The notes under the pieces are model-generated. The model searched no databases. It saw nothing but the letters and a program-made list of their open reading frames with translations, and was not told where the DNA came from. This document shows, piece after piece, positions 1 to 8,720 of a stretch of DNA of 64,000 nucleotides (position 1 is the stretch's first letter; each line of letters begins with the position of its first letter). The position numbers and the translations under genes were made by a program. Where the stretch lies: the IMG/VR virus record IMGVR_UViG_2775506945_000003; one strand, 5' to 3'. The DNA comes from a virus. Lineage: Duplodnaviria > Caudoviricetes.

Positions 1-12
1 ACACCTTTTGTT

Positions 13-561
13 TCATGCGCCGATCAGATCCAGCTGCGCAGTTTCCTCGAACAACGACACGAAGCGCGCCGCGGCCTGCTCCATCGACATCGGTTTGATA
101 AGCTCCGGCAGGGGAGCCACCCCCGCCAGAATCGGCCACTCCACCCCAGACTGCGGCATCAGGTCGCGCCGCTCGGTGGCCAGCAGCACCAGATCGGCGC
201 GGCGGATAGCCGCCCTGTCCTCCTCGCTCAGCTGCAGGCCGTAGCGCGCCTCCACCGCCGCGGCCACCAGGCCCTCCGTGTACTGATAGCTCGGTAGCAC
301 CCGCTTCAGCGGCGTTACCACATCGCCGATGTAGGCTTCTTGCGCATCGTGGAGCAGCCCGGCCCGCATCAGCCGCGGCGGCAGGATGCCCGCCACCCGC
401 ACCGAATGCTCGGCCACGCTGTAGAACGGCCGGCAGGCGCCGCCAAAGCGGCAGATATGCGCCAGGTGGTGGGCAATATCCTGGATGTCGATGTCGGCCT
501 GCGACGGATGGAGCAGGTCCACTAGGCGGCCGGAAACGGTTTCGATGATGGCGGTGGTCAT
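13..561 (-). CDS. HD-domain phosphohydrolase (YfbR/YfdR-like 5'-deoxynucleotidase)
   Basis: Motifs CRFGG, YSVAEHS, LLHDAQEAYIGD, ADLVLLATE. Confidence 0.85.
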   Translation of the reverse strand: MTTAIIETVSGRLVDLLHPSQADIDIQDIAHHLAHICRFGGACRPFYSVAEHSVRVAGILPPRLMRAGLLHDAQEAYIGDVVTPLKRVLPSYQYTEGLVAAAVEARYGLQLSEEDRAAIRRADLVLLATERRDLMPQSGVEWPILAGVAPLPELIKPMSMEQAAARFVSLFEETAQLDLIGA

Positions 562-1046
562 TCCGCGCGCCCCAGTTCCATGCCGATCGACGCGCCGCGG
601 ATGCGGCCCAGCAGCTGGTTGGCGTCGTGGTCAAAATCGTGGGCTTGCTGTTCCAGGCAGTTTGCGGCCAGCACGCGGTCCGCCTCCGTGCCGTCCGTCT
701 CGCCCCGGATGCGGCCCAACAGCTGACTGGCCTCGCGGTCGAATTCCCGGGCCCGTTGCTCCAGGCGGTTGGCGGCCAGCTGGCACTCCATCAGCTCGGA
801 CACGTCAAGGTGGCCAGCGAGCAGCGCGCGCACCGCGGCCGCATTCGCCGACGTGATCAGGCCCAGGTCGATCTGGTGGACGTGGACAACATTCAGCAGG
901 GTGCGCACCGGGCGCGGCATGTTGCGGTCGTTTTCGTAGCGGCTGCCGCCTGACTGGGTAACGCCGATGCGGCTCCAGAACTCTTGTTGGTTCAGGCCGG
1001 ACAGACGACGGATTTCACGGGGGGTACGGGTCAGTTGGGTTTTCAT
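558..1046 (-). CDS. XRE-family HTH regulator, RsaL-like N-terminus, duplicated C-terminal helix
   Basis: LNQQEFWSRIGVTQSGGSRYEN HTH; repeat LAANxLEQxAxxFDxxAxQLLGRIRG twice. Confidence 0.8.
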   Translation of the reverse strand: MKTQLTRTPREIRRLSGLNQQEFWSRIGVTQSGGSRYENDRNMPRPVRTLLNVVHVHQIDLGLITSANAAAVRALLAGHLDVSELMECQLAANRLEQRAREFDREASQLLGRIRGETDGTEADRVLAANCLEQQAHDFDHDANQLLGRIRGASIGMELGRAE

Positions 1047-1061
1047 GTGGATCTCCAGTTT

Positions 1062-1388
1062 TCAATTGGCCAGCAGCAGCTGGATGGATGGGTGTTCTGC
1101 TTCGCCGGCGGGCACCAGCAGCCAGTAGTGGCCTTGTGCCACCAGGCGCAGCGAGTGATCGGCGCAGACCGGAATCAGCACGCCGGCCGGCGGCGGGCGG
1201 CTGATGCGGATGAAGGCGCCGCCGCCAGGGTGGTAAACCGGCTCGGCCTGCAGCTCTACCGCTCTCGCGTTGATGTCGGCGGCTACCGTGTCGATGCGGT
1301 CAAAATGCTCCTGCTGCCGGTCCAGCGCGGTGAGCGTGGCGAGGTGCTGGCGGACGTGGTGCTGAATCGCGTTGCTGTACAGGCTCAT
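1062..1388 (-). CDS. Phage hypothetical protein
   Basis: In early operon, ATGA overlap with upstream gene. Confidence 0.6.
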   Translation of the reverse strand: MSLYSNAIQHHVRQHLATLTALDRQQEHFDRIDTVAADINARAVELQAEPVYHPGGGAFIRISRPPPAGVLIPVCADHSLRLVAQGHYWLLVPAGEAEHPSIQLLLAN

Positions 1389-1576
1389 GCGTCCTTCCTC
1401 CGGGCCTGCCGAATGGCCATGCGCTCCTCAGCGGCGCGGCGGGCGGCCACGCGCTGGCGGTTGAGCACCGCGAGCTTCATGCGGCCGTTCGGATCGATCG
1501 GGCTGGCCAGCAGCGCCAGCGGACGGCGGTCGGTGTTGTCGGGCGTCCAGCAGCGGACGTTGGCGTCACGCATCAC
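1385..1576 (-). CDS. Small basic phage hypothetical protein
   Basis: Translationally coupled on both sides. Confidence 0.55.
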   Translation of the reverse strand: MMRDANVRCWTPDNTDRRPLALLASPIDPNGRMKLAVLNRQRVAARRAAEERMAIRQARRKDA

Positions 1577-2214
1577 CCTGCCCTCCGCTGATAGCGGCTG
1601 CGCAGCTGGGCCCGAGTGGTGCGCTGGCCGCCATTGCCGTCCAACGCCTCCAGCTCCCGCTCGATCTCCTCGCGGCTCGGGGCCGCATAGATCGCCGTGC
1701 TGTTGAGGCTGGAATGGCCCAGGGTGCTCTTGACGATCAGCAGCGGCTCCTTCGCCTCGCTGTTGCGCACAATGTCCATGGCGCGGGTGTGCCGCATCCA
1801 GTGCGGGGACACCGGCAGCGTGATGCCCGCCTCCTCCGCCCAGTGCTTGAACCGCAGCTGTACAGCGCGCGCCGTCAGCGCTTCGCCGAAGCGGCCGGCG
1901 ATCAGCGGATCGGCGCCGTTCTGCGACGGGTTCATGTTGAGCAGCGCCACCAGGTGCATGCGCAGCGGCTTGGTCAGCAGCACGGAATGGTCTTTTGTGC
2001 GGCCCTTGCGGTGTTCGGCCGGGATGTAGAGATAGCCGGTCTTCAGTGCATCCCAGGTATCGGCCAGGGACGCGGCCAGGAACTCGCTGATACGGCAGCC
2101 GCTGTAGTACAGCGCGCTCATCAGGTGGTAATCCCGTTGGGCCAAATCGTCGTTGGTTTTGTAGGCGGCGCTGAACAGCTGATGCCGTTCCGCCGGCGTG
2201 AGATAGCGTTTCAT
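1573..2214 (-). CDS. Short tyrosine recombinase (catalytic domain only, FimB/FimE-sized)
   Basis: GCRISE (R), RKG (K), PHWMRH (HxxR), LGH, TAIY (Y); SD GAGGAG. Confidence 0.9.
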   Translation of the reverse strand: MKRYLTPAERHQLFSAAYKTNDDLAQRDYHLMSALYYSGCRISEFLAASLADTWDALKTGYLYIPAEHRKGRTKDHSVLLTKPLRMHLVALLNMNPSQNGADPLIAGRFGEALTARAVQLRFKHWAEEAGITLPVSPHWMRHTRAMDIVRNSEAKEPLLIVKSTLGHSSLNSTAIYAAPSREEIERELEALDGNGGQRTTRAQLRSRYQRRAG

Positions 2215-2233
2215 GTGGTTCTCCTCGAAATCG

Positions 2234-2572
2234 TCAGGCTGTGGCCGGCATGACGATCAGGGCCAGGTCTGCGCCCACTTCTTCCGCGGCATCCACCACC
2301 ACCTGGGTGGCCGTTACCGCTTGTATCCACAGCAGGAGGCGCTTGCCGCCCACCATGAGCTGGATCTCTTCCCCGGGCATCACCGGCAGGCGTTGCCGGG
2401 GCTGCCCCACCGCCATGTGCTCCACCTCCAGGCCCTGCCCTGCTCGGTGGAAGCTGATTGACGCGATATCGGCCGCGCCGTAGATCACCGCGTCTTCGCC
2501 TAGGGCGATGCAGAATCGGCCGCTACGGTTCTGGTGGCCGGGGGTAAATAGTTGAATCAGGTTGCTCATCAC
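2234..2572 (-). CDS. Phage hypothetical protein
   Basis: In early operon, coupled start. Confidence 0.55.
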   Translation of the reverse strand: MMSNLIQLFTPGHQNRSGRFCIALGEDAVIYGAADIASISFHRAGQGLEVEHMAVGQPRQRLPVMPGEEIQLMVGGKRLLLWIQAVTATQVVVDAAEEVGADLALIVMPATA

Positions 2573-2748
2573 CGCTTGCTCCTCAACATGGCCAGCGCGA
2601 TACGCCTGATGCAGATCGCTAGCGCCGGGTTGTCCATTGCGGATTCGAACGATTGCCGCAGCCTGGCGCGCTTATGCGCCACGCGCAGCGCCTGCTCGGT
2701 CAGCTCTGCAGTGCCGGGGTCGAGTGGGAGAGCGAGTTGCCGTCGCAT
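2569..2748 (-). CDS. Small phage hypothetical protein (start MRRQLAL likely)
   Basis: Operon position; GGAG before ATG; start uncertain. Confidence 0.45.
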   Translation of the reverse strand: MRRQLALPLDPGTAELTEQALRVAHKRARLRQSFESAMDNPALAICIRRIALAMLRSKR

Positions 2749-3224
2749 GGCTTCACCACCAGGCTGCCGAACCGATTGCGCAACTCGACGATGGCGGCGA
2801 TCCACTCCATCGTTTCCCGGTTGAACTCGTTGAACTCGTCCTGGGTGACGATGCCGTCAGCCAGCGCATCGTTCATGCAGCTGTGCACGTCGCCAGCTTC
2901 GGCGTGGACCTTGTTCACCAGATCCAGCAACGCCGAGTCCGAGACGTTTGCGAGCCGGGGCAGCTGGTAGCGCGCGCTGTCGAACATCCGGCACAACGCG
3001 TCCAGCGGAGACAGGTCGCCGGTGGCGTGCAGCACATGGACAAAGTCGTCCAGCGTGGTTTTATGGTGATGGGCGCCAGGCGCCAGCTTGTTGGTCAGCA
3101 CGCCGGCGGAGACGCGCAGCAAGTTCGCCAGCTTGGTGATGCCAAAAGTTTTGGCCGAGAGGTGCAGCGCGCCAAACACGTCAGCCGGGGCTGACGGCAG
3201 GGTTGCCGCCATGGAAGTGTTCAT
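2700..3224 (-). CDS. Phage regulatory protein, CII family (186/HP1-like)
   Basis: LANLL..SAGVLTNKLAP and ALADGIVTQDE motifs; directly downstream of cro. Confidence 0.75.
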   Translation of the reverse strand: MNTSMAATLPSAPADVFGALHLSAKTFGITKLANLLRVSAGVLTNKLAPGAHHHKTTLDDFVHVLHATGDLSPLDALCRMFDSARYQLPRLANVSDSALLDLVNKVHAEAGDVHSCMNDALADGIVTQDEFNEFNRETMEWIAAIVELRNRFGSLVVKPCDGNSLSHSTPALQS

Positions 3225-3347
3225 TTGTGTTAACTCCTGTTGGTTCCCACTTGTCGTGGGTCAAACAGGTGCCGATACTGCAGTTGCCACACCGTAGTAA
3301 CAGCACCACCCGCGCCGCCTGCACCTAGCCCGTGCCGGCGGCGCACT

Positions 3348-3566
3348 TCATTTGCTCGGGTACAACACGTTGAGCACCGGGATATCCAGCGCAGCAGCAA
3401 TCCGTCGTGCGAGCTCTGGCGAGGCTTTCCCATTGCCGTTTTCCAGTTGGGCGATGCGCCCCTGGCTGCACCCACATTTCCCCGCCAGCTGCTTTTGGCT
3501 CAGCTTCAAAAGCTGGCGAGCCTCTCGTACCGTGTTCATCTGCGCTCTCATGGTTGCCAATGCCAT
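3348..3566 (-). CDS. Cro-like XRE regulator
   Basis: 72 aa HTH (LSQKQLAGKCGCSQGRIAQLENG), divergent from repressor. Confidence 0.85.
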   Translation of the reverse strand: MALATMRAQMNTVREARQLLKLSQKQLAGKCGCSQGRIAQLENGNGKASPELARRIAAALDIPVLNVLYPSK

Positions 3567-3568
3567 AA

Positions 3569-3636
3569 TTATTAGCGCAGCTAATATACGTAGTCAACAG
3601 CAATGCTTATTTTTTTATTTATTAGTCCGCTAATAA
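3569..3636. promoter_or_regulatory. Lysis/lysogeny switch: leftward sigma70 promoter and two operator palindromes
   Basis: Minus strand TTGACT-N17-TAATAA (3597-3569); TATTAG-N5-CTAATA at 3570-3586; TTATTAG-N4-CTAATAA at 3619-3636. Confidence 0.7.
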
Positions 3637-3645
3637 AATGAGCTA

Positions 3646-3996
3646 ATGAACATGGGACAACGCATCAAAATGGCCCGTCGGGCACGCAAACGCTCACAAG
3701 ACTGGCTTGGCGCCGAAGTGGGCGTGAACCAGTCCTCTGTCAGCCAGTGGGAGCACGGCCAGACTGAACCGACGTCGGAAAACCTTTCCCGCATCGCGGA
3801 CGTACTGCGCATCAGCTACGAATGGCTGGCAACCGGTCGTGGGGAAATGGAACTGAGTTTTTCACCAGTGGAGCTGCACATAGCGGAACCGCTGCTTGAC
3901 GATGATCAGCGCGAGTTGCTGGCGCTGTTCGAGCAGCTCCCTCGCGGCAAGCGCTCCATCCTGATGCAGTTCATGCGGGACTGGATCAACAAGTGA
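3646..3996 (+). CDS. CI-like XRE repressor without S24 autoprotease domain
   Basis: RIKMARR..SQDWLG..VNQSSVSQWE..EWLATGRGEM; only 116 aa. Confidence 0.85.
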   Translation: MNMGQRIKMARRARKRSQDWLGAEVGVNQSSVSQWEHGQTEPTSENLSRIADVLRISYEWLATGRGEMELSFSPVELHIAEPLLDDDQRELLALFEQLPRGKRSILMQFMRDWINK

Positions 3997-4349
3997 ATTC
4001 GGCCGCCCTTTCCCTCCTTGCCCTCTTCATCGCCCTGCCAGCCACAGCGGCGCCGCGGGACGATGCACGCGCGCTGCTGGACTGGCTGCACGTCGCCCGA
4101 GACGAGATCAACCGGGCGGGGGAAGCAAAGGATCTGGTGGCTCTGCAGCGGTTGCGGCGCGACACCGAACAACAGCTGAATGCGTGGCCGTCCAGCGCGG
4201 GTTTTCCTGACTGCCGCGCCGCGCTGGTGAACATGGTGGATTTCCTGAACGCCTATCAACGCAAGGACTACGCCGGGCGGGACCGGAAGGGCGCGCACTT
4301 CCGGCAGGATTTGGCCGACTGCGAGCGAGCAGTGGCCGGTCGTTGGTAA
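3993..4349 (+). CDS. Exported protein co-transcribed with repressor
   Basis: Sec signal (LSLLALFIALPATA-A), two Cys, GTGA overlap with cI. Confidence 0.7.
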   Translation: MNSAALSLLALFIALPATAAPRDDARALLDWLHVARDEINRAGEAKDLVALQRLRRDTEQQLNAWPSSAGFPDCRAALVNMVDFLNAYQRKDYAGRDRKGAHFRQDLADCERAVAGRW

Positions 4350-4460
4350 GGTGCTGTATAGCTGGCTCATCACGGTGCCCTCTTGTTATGCCAGCTAATT
4401 TTTACCCTCGTTTACGTTCCAGACAATCGCACAACTGACATCATATTTTGCATTTTCTAT

Positions 4461-5183
4461 CTATGCAGATGTCAAATCTGTACTGATATTGAATAGCCTC
4501 CCGACCAGTTCCACCCTATTTCTCGCGGAGTGCAACATCCTGATTTTATTCAGCCTATCCCGTACCGTACGTACAGAAACACCCACGGCGCCGGCGATAT
4601 CCGCATCAGCCAGGCCCTCCAGCATGTGCTGCAGGATGTGACAATCACGTTTATCTAGGCCCGAGAGATCTGGCTGCCGATACCGCAGTCTCAAGGTGAC
4701 GGCCATCACGGCCGGCGCCAGGGCCTCCATCAGATGCAGTGACAGCGGATCTCGCTCGACCGCGGCGCCGGCGAACGACAGCACCAGCCTCACATCGCCG
4801 TGCTGCTCCATCCAGCTGACGCCGTTCAGCATGTTGTTGTTGGCGGCGGCCTGGATGAACCGGCGTAGCGTCGGATCGCTGCTGCCGGCGAGCAGCTTGG
4901 ACCACAGCAGCAGCTGGCCAGGCTGGCCATGCCATACCGGGTCCAGCTCCTGGGCGCCAATGCGAGCGTAGCCGGCCAGCCACTGCTCATCCCAGCCCAC
5001 GTTTGCCAGAATGAGGACCGTGCCACCCCGCTCAATGGCCAGAACGGCACGCGTACCGTCAGGCAACACCCGGCCCCACTCGGCAACAAACTGCCGCAGG
5101 CCTGCCATGTCATCGACCCACACGAGCTTTTCCAGCAAGGCCATCAGGTGCTCGGTGAGGCGTCCGATTTGTGATATCTGCAT
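4461..5183 (-). CDS. LuxR-family regulator with autoinducer-binding domain (LuxR solo)
   Basis: WxxxY-x8-DP ... W ... G pocket; C-terminal GerE HTH (LDKRD..IL..EG..IA..GVSVRTV). Confidence 0.85.
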   Translation of the reverse strand: MQISQIGRLTEHLMALLEKLVWVDDMAGLRQFVAEWGRVLPDGTRAVLAIERGGTVLILANVGWDEQWLAGYARIGAQELDPVWHGQPGQLLLWSKLLAGSSDPTLRRFIQAAANNNMLNGVSWMEQHGDVRLVLSFAGAAVERDPLSLHLMEALAPAVMAVTLRLRYRQPDLSGLDKRDCHILQHMLEGLADADIAGAVGVSVRTVRDRLNKIRMLHSARNRVELVGRLFNISTDLTSA

Positions 5184-5230
5184 AGTGGTTCATCGTGGTT
5201 CATAACTCAGTTCTAGTTAAAACTACGTAT

Positions 5231-5254
5231 AAAAAAACCCGCTCGGGAGCGGGT
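5231..5254 (-). terminator. Rho-independent terminator ending tail operon
   Basis: ACCCGCTC-CC-GAGCGGGT running into a T7 tract on minus strand. Confidence 0.8.
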
Positions 5255-5276
5255 CGGGACAAAAATACATACAGCA

Positions 5277-5678
5277 TCACGCCGGCGCGCGCGGCCAGTC
5301 GATTTGCGTAGGGAACTGGCCCTGTTGCGGCACGTCACGCAGCCCTTGTACATAGACGGCCCACTGCTGGGCCTGCTCGTCGGTCAAGGTCGGCGACAGC
5401 CCATACCGTTTCTGCTGTTCATGCCGATCCAGAACCGCCAGCGCGGAGTTCAACAGCCCATCCCGCTGCTGCCTGGCCAACGCCGCGAGCTCATCGGCGG
5501 TCGCCGCCGGCCGCGGCCGCGCCACCGGTTGGCCTTTGTCGTCCACGCAGATCTCCGCCCCGGCCGTTTGGGCGTTCATCAGAGCCACATACATGGCCTG
5601 CGGTATTTCGATTGCATCACTCGGCCGGCACGTGCTCTCGCGATCATAGCAACCACATGTCGAAGCTGAAAAATACAT
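5277..5678 (-). CDS. Tail fibre assembly chaperone
   Basis: MYFS...AIEI; ARQQRDGLL; YVQGLRDVPQQGQFP..IDWP. Confidence 0.85.
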   Translation of the reverse strand: MYFSASTCGCYDRESTCRPSDAIEIPQAMYVALMNAQTAGAEICVDDKGQPVARPRPAATADELAALARQQRDGLLNSALAVLDRHEQQKRYGLSPTLTDEQAQQWAVYVQGLRDVPQQGQFPTQIDWPRAPA

Positions 5679-5690
5679 GCCCCTTCCCTC

Positions 5691-6665
5691 CTACAGCTTG
5701 CCAAACGCATAGATGTAAATCGTCCCGGCATCAGGTGGTCCACCATAGACGCCGCGTGTACGCAGTGTGCAGCCCGTTGATGTTGGCGGGGCGGCGAGTA
5801 GCGCCATTACTTCCCCCTCCGCATCGAGAACCGATGGCCAGACGCCGTACACCTCGGCCATCGCGGTCGGGAACACTACACTGATCAGCTCGTCCCGCCT
5901 GCTGAACGGCACCGAGAACCACTGTTCGACCAGGCCGCCCGGCCGTTTCTGGTAGGGCCGTCCGCCGTCGAACATTGTGACGTCTACCTTGCTGGCCAGC
6001 TGCCGGCTCATCGTGGCGCTGAAGGCTGGATCGTTGCCCAATGCCGCCGCCAGCTTCTGCAGATTGTTCATCGCCGCCGGCGCGCCGGCCACCACATTTT
6101 GCAGATCGGCCTTGGCCGCAAACTTCTCATGCAGCAAACCATATTGGCGGGCGTACAGCGCCCCATCGTTGGTGATGGCCAGCTGCTCTACGTTGTCGAT
6201 CTTCAGCATCAGCTTGACCGTCCCGCGGCCGGGCTCGCTTCCTTTCGTGGCAAACAATCCAGTGTCGCCATCGACATCAAACGCGAACCCGACCGGTGCC
6301 CCATCGCCACCCAAATCCGCCGGGTCGCCTTTGTTCGCGCGGAATGCGGCGCCCCAGACGCGCCGCTCGGGATCTCGCCACGCGGCATCGGTGATGCCGT
6401 AGCCTGCCAAGGTGGTCGGCCGGCTCACAACGCCGCCCCAGGCGATCTGTTGAATCGCCTGCAGCAGCTGGTTGCTCTGCTCGGGCTTCAGCGCGAACCC
6501 CGCGCCCTCCACCACGCTGGCCATTTCCTCCTGCCAGCTGTCGAAAAGCTCATAGCCCGGCGTGGTGGCCGGCTGGCCGGTTTGCGGATTGCCAGGGCCG
6601 AACCCGTGTTTGCCCTGGCCGAACTTATCCCGCACCGGGTTGCGGTTATCGCCTACTCGCCTCAT
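5691..6665 (-). CDS. Tail fibre protein (start MRRVGD)
   Basis: Mu-like N-terminus DKFG.GK.GF..GNP.TG.PAT; PTTLAGYGITDA; gp53-like C-terminus. Confidence 0.85.
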   Translation of the reverse strand: MRRVGDNRNPVRDKFGQGKHGFGPGNPQTGQPATTPGYELFDSWQEEMASVVEGAGFALKPEQSNQLLQAIQQIAWGGVVSRPTTLAGYGITDAAWRDPERRVWGAAFRANKGDPADLGGDGAPVGFAFDVDGDTGLFATKGSEPGRGTVKLMLKIDNVEQLAITNDGALYARQYGLLHEKFAAKADLQNVVAGAPAAMNNLQKLAAALGNDPAFSATMSRQLASKVDVTMFDGGRPYQKRPGGLVEQWFSVPFSRRDELISVVFPTAMAEVYGVWPSVLDAEGEVMALLAAPPTSTGCTLRTRGVYGGPPDAGTIYIYAFGKL

Positions 6666-7258
6666 TGCTCGCCTCCATATGCAATCAAAACCGTGCTGAC
6701 GGCCGGCGTTTCGCGCCGGATCACGCACTCCATCAACGTATCGCCCCACGTCCGCAGCGGCTCGTCCGCTCCCGACTCCGTCGTCGCCTCCACCACCCGC
6801 GTGCCGGCCGGCACATTGAGCCTCCAGGTATGCCGCCAGCCGATATCCTGCAGCGCATCCTCGCAGCTCATTTCGCAGGTGTGGTAACGGAACCGGGTGA
6901 TGGTGGCGCCGGGATAGCCCAGCCGCGCCGCCAGCTGCAGGAAGCGCGGCACGCGCGCGCCGCCGGCATCGGTGAGTGTGGCCACCACCGCTTGCTGGCG
7001 CGCCAGCAGTGTCTGCTCGCCCACGGTGCACGCGTCCGGCAGGCCCAGGCTGGTCTCCCACTCCGGCAGCAGCGCCACCGCGCGGCGTGGGTCGGACTCC
7101 TGCAGCAGTAGCTGGGCGCGGGCGTCCGCATCGGCCAGCCTGGCGGCCAGCGCCGCCAACAGCGTGGCCAGCTCGCTGCCGTCCTCCGCCATCAGCGCCA
7201 GGCCGGGCGGCAGCAACGCCGCCAGCTGCTGCTGGTAATGCCGCGCCGTCACAGCCAT
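6662..7258 (-). CDS. Baseplate protein YmfQ / Mu gp48-like
   Basis: LLPPG..ESDP..LLPEWE..LGLPD.C motif. Confidence 0.85.
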   Translation of the reverse strand: MAVTARHYQQQLAALLPPGLALMAEDGSELATLLAALAARLADADARAQLLLQESDPRRAVALLPEWETSLGLPDACTVGEQTLLARQQAVVATLTDAGGARVPRFLQLAARLGYPGATITRFRYHTCEMSCEDALQDIGWRHTWRLNVPAGTRVVEATTESGADEPLRTWGDTLMECVIRRETPAVSTVLIAYGGEQ

Positions 7259-8328
7259 TCCACGCTCCCCATCACCGCCAGCTCGCCCACCCCGCACACC
7301 ACGTCCGCCGCCGGCGCCAGCAGCTGGTGGTCGTACTCGCCCGGCGCGCCGGATATCTGCTCCGTCAGGTGGCTGCGGGGAATGGTGACGGGTGTGGTGG
7401 TGCCGCTTTGCACCGGCGCGGCCTCGCGGGCCAGCAGCGCCGCCAGCGCGTCCGCTACCGCCTGTCGAGTGGCGGGCGTGTCCGGAGTGAGCCGGATTCG
7501 GAAATTTACCGGCCGCCGGGCCGGGGCCAGCGCGTAGATCTCGCTGAACGGCGTGCCGGTCTGTTCCAGATGAGCCTGCACCGCGGCCAGCTCGGCGGCG
7601 TCCGGGATCAGGTCCGGATCGCCATCACGGACGAAATACACCCCGATCGAGCCCTGCCCCAGCAGCTTGGGCGCCGCCCAGGCGCGCGTCACGCCCGGCA
7701 CTTCACGCGCCCACAGCTCCCAGTCCTGGGCGCGGCCCACCTGGCCGCTGTTGTAGCGCGCCTCCATCACCCGGGCGCGCAGCTCGTCGATCGACTCCAT
7801 GTCGGCGCCGCCGGACAGCCCCGGCGTCAGCACCTCCAGTTCGCCGTTGATGCCCGGCACCGGATTGACCAGTCGCAGTCGTGCCCCTGGCTCGGTGTTG
7901 CCGGCGGCGCCCGGCTGGATGCAGATCAGCCGCACCGTGGCGGCAGCCGCGCCGGTGTCCGGCAGCGTCACGCCGTCCACGACGGCGAACAGCGCGCCAT
8001 CGGCCCGCGCCAGTTGTTCGCCGGCGGGCAGTGGCGCCTTGTTGGCGCCGGTGGCGCGCGCGCTGCCGCTGGCGGCGGCCGGCGGCTTGCGCCCTGCCGG
8101 CAGCCAGATGGCGGCGTGGACGGAAATCAGCACGTCCTCGTCGCACTCCATCGGGTGGATCTGGCGGGCGATCCAATCCTGATGGCCGTACAGGCCATGC
8201 ACCGCGCCGGCCAGCGCGCGCGCCAGCGGAGTGAACAGATTGCGCCTCAACGGGTCGCTTGCCGTCTGCAGCGTCAGCTCCGCCTCCACGCGGCGGGCGA
8301 TCTCGGCCAGGGTTTGGCGGGGAATCAC
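7249..8328 (-). CDS. Baseplate J / Mu gp47-like wedge protein
   Basis: GAAGN, GGAD.ES..LRARV, WAREVPGVTRAW. Confidence 0.9.
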   Translation of the reverse strand: MIPRQTLAEIARRVEAELTLQTASDPLRRNLFTPLARALAGAVHGLYGHQDWIARQIHPMECDEDVLISVHAAIWLPAGRKPPAAASGSARATGANKAPLPAGEQLARADGALFAVVDGVTLPDTGAAAATVRLICIQPGAAGNTEPGARLRLVNPVPGINGELEVLTPGLSGGADMESIDELRARVMEARYNSGQVGRAQDWELWAREVPGVTRAWAAPKLLGQGSIGVYFVRDGDPDLIPDAAELAAVQAHLEQTGTPFSEIYALAPARRPVNFRIRLTPDTPATRQAVADALAALLAREAAPVQSGTTTPVTIPRSHLTEQISGAPGEYDHQLLAPAADVVCGVGELAVMGSVEWL

Positions 8329-8720
8329 GTGGTCACCTCCAGATTGATGGCGCTGCCGTCCAGGGCGATGGTCAACAGCAGGGTTTCATCGCCGGCGGCG
8401 CGGGCGGACACGTCCAGGCTGCGCGCCACGCCGTCGTCCACCATCCACTGCAGCGCCTCCCGGGCATAGTGGGCGGCGTCGCGCAGCGTCTGCGGCGTGT
8501 TCTTGGCGCGCTGCGCCAGCAACCACAGGCGAGAGCCCCAGCGGTCATATGGCACGTCGGCCAGCACGTCGCCCCACCAGCCGCGCGGATCGGCCTGCCG
8601 GTCGTCCGGCAGCGCGCGGGCATCGCAGAACAGCGACAGCACGATGGCGCTGTCGATCGGGTCGGCAAACAGCGCCAGCGGCAGCGGCGCGGACAGGTCT
8701 ATCACCAGGCGGCGGCTCAT
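8325..8720 (-). CDS. Mu gp46-like baseplate protein
   Basis: SLFCDARA, RGWWGD, GSRLWLL, YAREALQWMVDDGVA. Confidence 0.9.
   Translation of the reverse strand: MSRRLVIDLSAPLPLALFADPIDSAIVLSLFCDARALPDDRQADPRGWWGDVLADVPYDRWGSRLWLLAQRAKNTPQTLRDAAHYAREALQWMVDDGVARSLDVSARAAGDETLLLTIALDGSAINLEVTT

Noticed and set aside
5203-5219. TAACT-N7-AGTTA upstream of luxR as a lux box
   Set aside because: Short, AT-rich, single copy and unlike canonical lux boxes; too weak to call
5277-6665. Invertible tail-fibre cassette or DGR
   Set aside because: Single fibre/chaperone pair; no flanking inverted repeats, template repeat or RT seen by eye
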